Source: a virus. From it: a DNA stretch of 64,000 nt. The notes below the pieces were generated by a model. It was not told the DNA's origin and searched no databases. It saw only the letters and a list, made by a program, of their open reading frames with translations. Below, in pieces: positions 63,605 to 64,000 of this stretch. Every line of letters starts with the position of its first letter. The first letter of the stretch is position 1. Position numbers and translations under genes: made by a program. The DNA is taken from positions 1 through 64,000 of the IMG/VR virus record IMGVR_UViG_3300009124_000002; one strand, given 5' to 3'.

Positions 63605-63872
63605 TATTTTCAGTGATTTGTATTTTCAGTTCCGTTGCATTTTCACCCTTCATCAATCGATGATATAAGTCCCTCTCAATGCTATAGGTTTTTCCGACAA
63701 CCAACTCAATCGGCATTTGATTGTCGAACTGAAGAAACCAATCAGTCCCATTCAGTATCGTGACCTCTCTGTTCCTTCTGTCTCTATGCCATACCAGTTC
63801 ATCACTATTTACATCAGCACAAAAGCATCTTTCAATGCTCTGGTCTTCGCGAATCGTATCAGTATAGGGCAT
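63597..63872 (-). CDS. small cupin-like conserved phage protein
   Basis: PY......R.F......ELVWHRD...R.V.....W..Q.D...P......HR..KG. Confidence 0.7.
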   Translation of the reverse strand: MPYTDTIREDQSIERCFCADVNSDELVWHRDRRNREVTILNGTDWFLQFDNQMPIELVVGKTYSIERDLYHRLMKGENATELKIQITENND

Positions 63873-63874
63873 TA

Positions 63875-64000
63875 TTACCAGAAGAACTTACCGCCGCCCT
63901 CAAGACCCAATGCCTTGGCGAACCACGGCAAACGACAAGACCAATAACTTGGTTTTGTCTTATCATTTCTTGTCTCACACTTATGTCTTGCTGCGAAATT
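63875..64000 (-). CDS. conserved phage protein, C-terminal fragment (...FAARHKCETRNDKTKPSYWSCRLPWFAKALGLEGGGKFFW)
   Basis: Frame open from the window edge; F.ARH.C....DK....YW.C motif. Confidence 0.65.
   Translation of the reverse strand, partial: NFAARHKCETRNDKTKPSYWSCRLPWFAKALGLEGGGKFFW

Overview
This is a 64-kb segment of a large T4-like myovirus genome (marine cyanophage/pelagiphage-style gene order) in the standard genetic code, with almost all genes on the minus strand. The left half holds tail-fibre/adhesin genes (LamG, C-type lectin) and the baseplate cluster (gp8, 7, 6, 25, PAAR, 5, 27-like, 53, 48 | gp4, 2, 54-like, 26, 51, tape-measure-like), then gp32, gp59 and gp33. The right half is an accessory region: sigma70-type early cassettes, SleB hydrolase, kdsA, holin/spanin candidates, a tmRNA, 10 apparently intact tRNAs plus one degenerate tRNA, ClpP-like protease, PhoH, RNase H, GIY-YIG nuclease, a 10-gene glycosyl/methyltransferase island and class II RNR. 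Four observations stand out. (1) A complete Planctomycetes/Verrucomicrobia-type exported module (diheme PSCyt/DUF1549/DUF1553 protein plus two Tat-signal DUF1501 proteins) sits 6 nt behind a perfect T4 late promoter, next to a phage signal peptidase I and an ExbB/TolQ-like gene. (2) A ~450-nt non-coding leader of the tRNA operon contains a type I hammerhead ribozyme and a CCA-ended pseudoknot. (3) The tmRNA has an unusually long 33-aa tag. (4) A probable -1 frameshift joins gp26 to an otherwise start-less gp51. All calls come from reading the sequence by eye; no searches were run.
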